From Scenedesmus sp. PABB004 (taxonomy: Eukaryota), in NCBI GenBank assembly GCA_014905635.1, contig JABVCE010000034.1, positions 1 through 64,000 of the forward strand: a stretch of DNA of 64,000 bases, given 5' to 3'. Positions 63,846 to 64,000 of this stretch are shown piece by piece (the stretch's first letter is position 1; the number at the start of each line of letters is the position of its first letter). The translations under genes were made by a program, and so were the position numbers. The notes under the pieces are model-generated. The model had not been told where the DNA came from. It ran no database searches and saw nothing but the letters and a program-made list of their open reading frames with translations.

Positions 63846-64000
63846 TGTGAGCGGCCGGCCCGGCGGCGCGGGCCGGGCCGCGCCCGGCGGCAGGGCGGCC
63901 TGGGCCAAGGCCGGTGGCGGTGCGCCCGCGCCGGCCGGGCCGGAGGACCACCGGCCGCACAGCCCGGGCCTGCACGGCGCTGCGCCGCAGCAGCCGGCGC
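62488..64000 (+). CDS. Low-complexity Pro/Gln/Ala-rich protein, 3'-partial, with uncertain start and an apparent frameshift near 62750
   Basis: Coding-like reading MGLSDAPG... in one frame and LQAVPPPMLC...QQHQQ in another, running off the window end. Confidence 0.45.

Overview
This 64-kb window is extremely GC-rich eukaryotic nuclear DNA. Short GC-rich introns, transit-peptide-like N-termini, TGTAA poly(A)-type signals and TTTAGGG-like repeats point to a chlorophyte green alga (inference). It is gene-dense, with about 25 genes that I reconstructed by hand across splice sites. They include an ABC1/ADCK kinase, SHMT, the FTR1 iron permease, a divergent pyruvate decarboxylase/alcohol dehydrogenase pair, enoyl-ACP reductase, a NusG-like protein, a Cys-rich secreted protein and an NB-ARC-LRR (NLR-like) gene. 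Further along are a polyQ protein, DNAAF3, a chromodomain protein, PSMG3, an FNR-like protein, a beta-barrel porin, IF-3, CHID1, a TOM1-like protein, TAF11, a Shewanella-like phosphatase and an EEP hydrolase. Most long ORFs in the supplied track are GC-driven shadows or intron read-throughs. The most notable observations are: (1) an unusually high share of GC-AG introns (at least 18 placed by eye); (2) an algal NLR with an N-terminal MGC lipidation motif and an unassigned helical N-domain; (3) a head-to-head PDC-ADH fermentation pair; (4) several tightly spaced same-strand gene pairs that could be polycistronic; (5) fold-back and duplication structures on or near splice sites. Several apparent frameshifts in short G/C runs probably reflect assembly errors. 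All exon boundaries are manual estimates, and no database searches were run.
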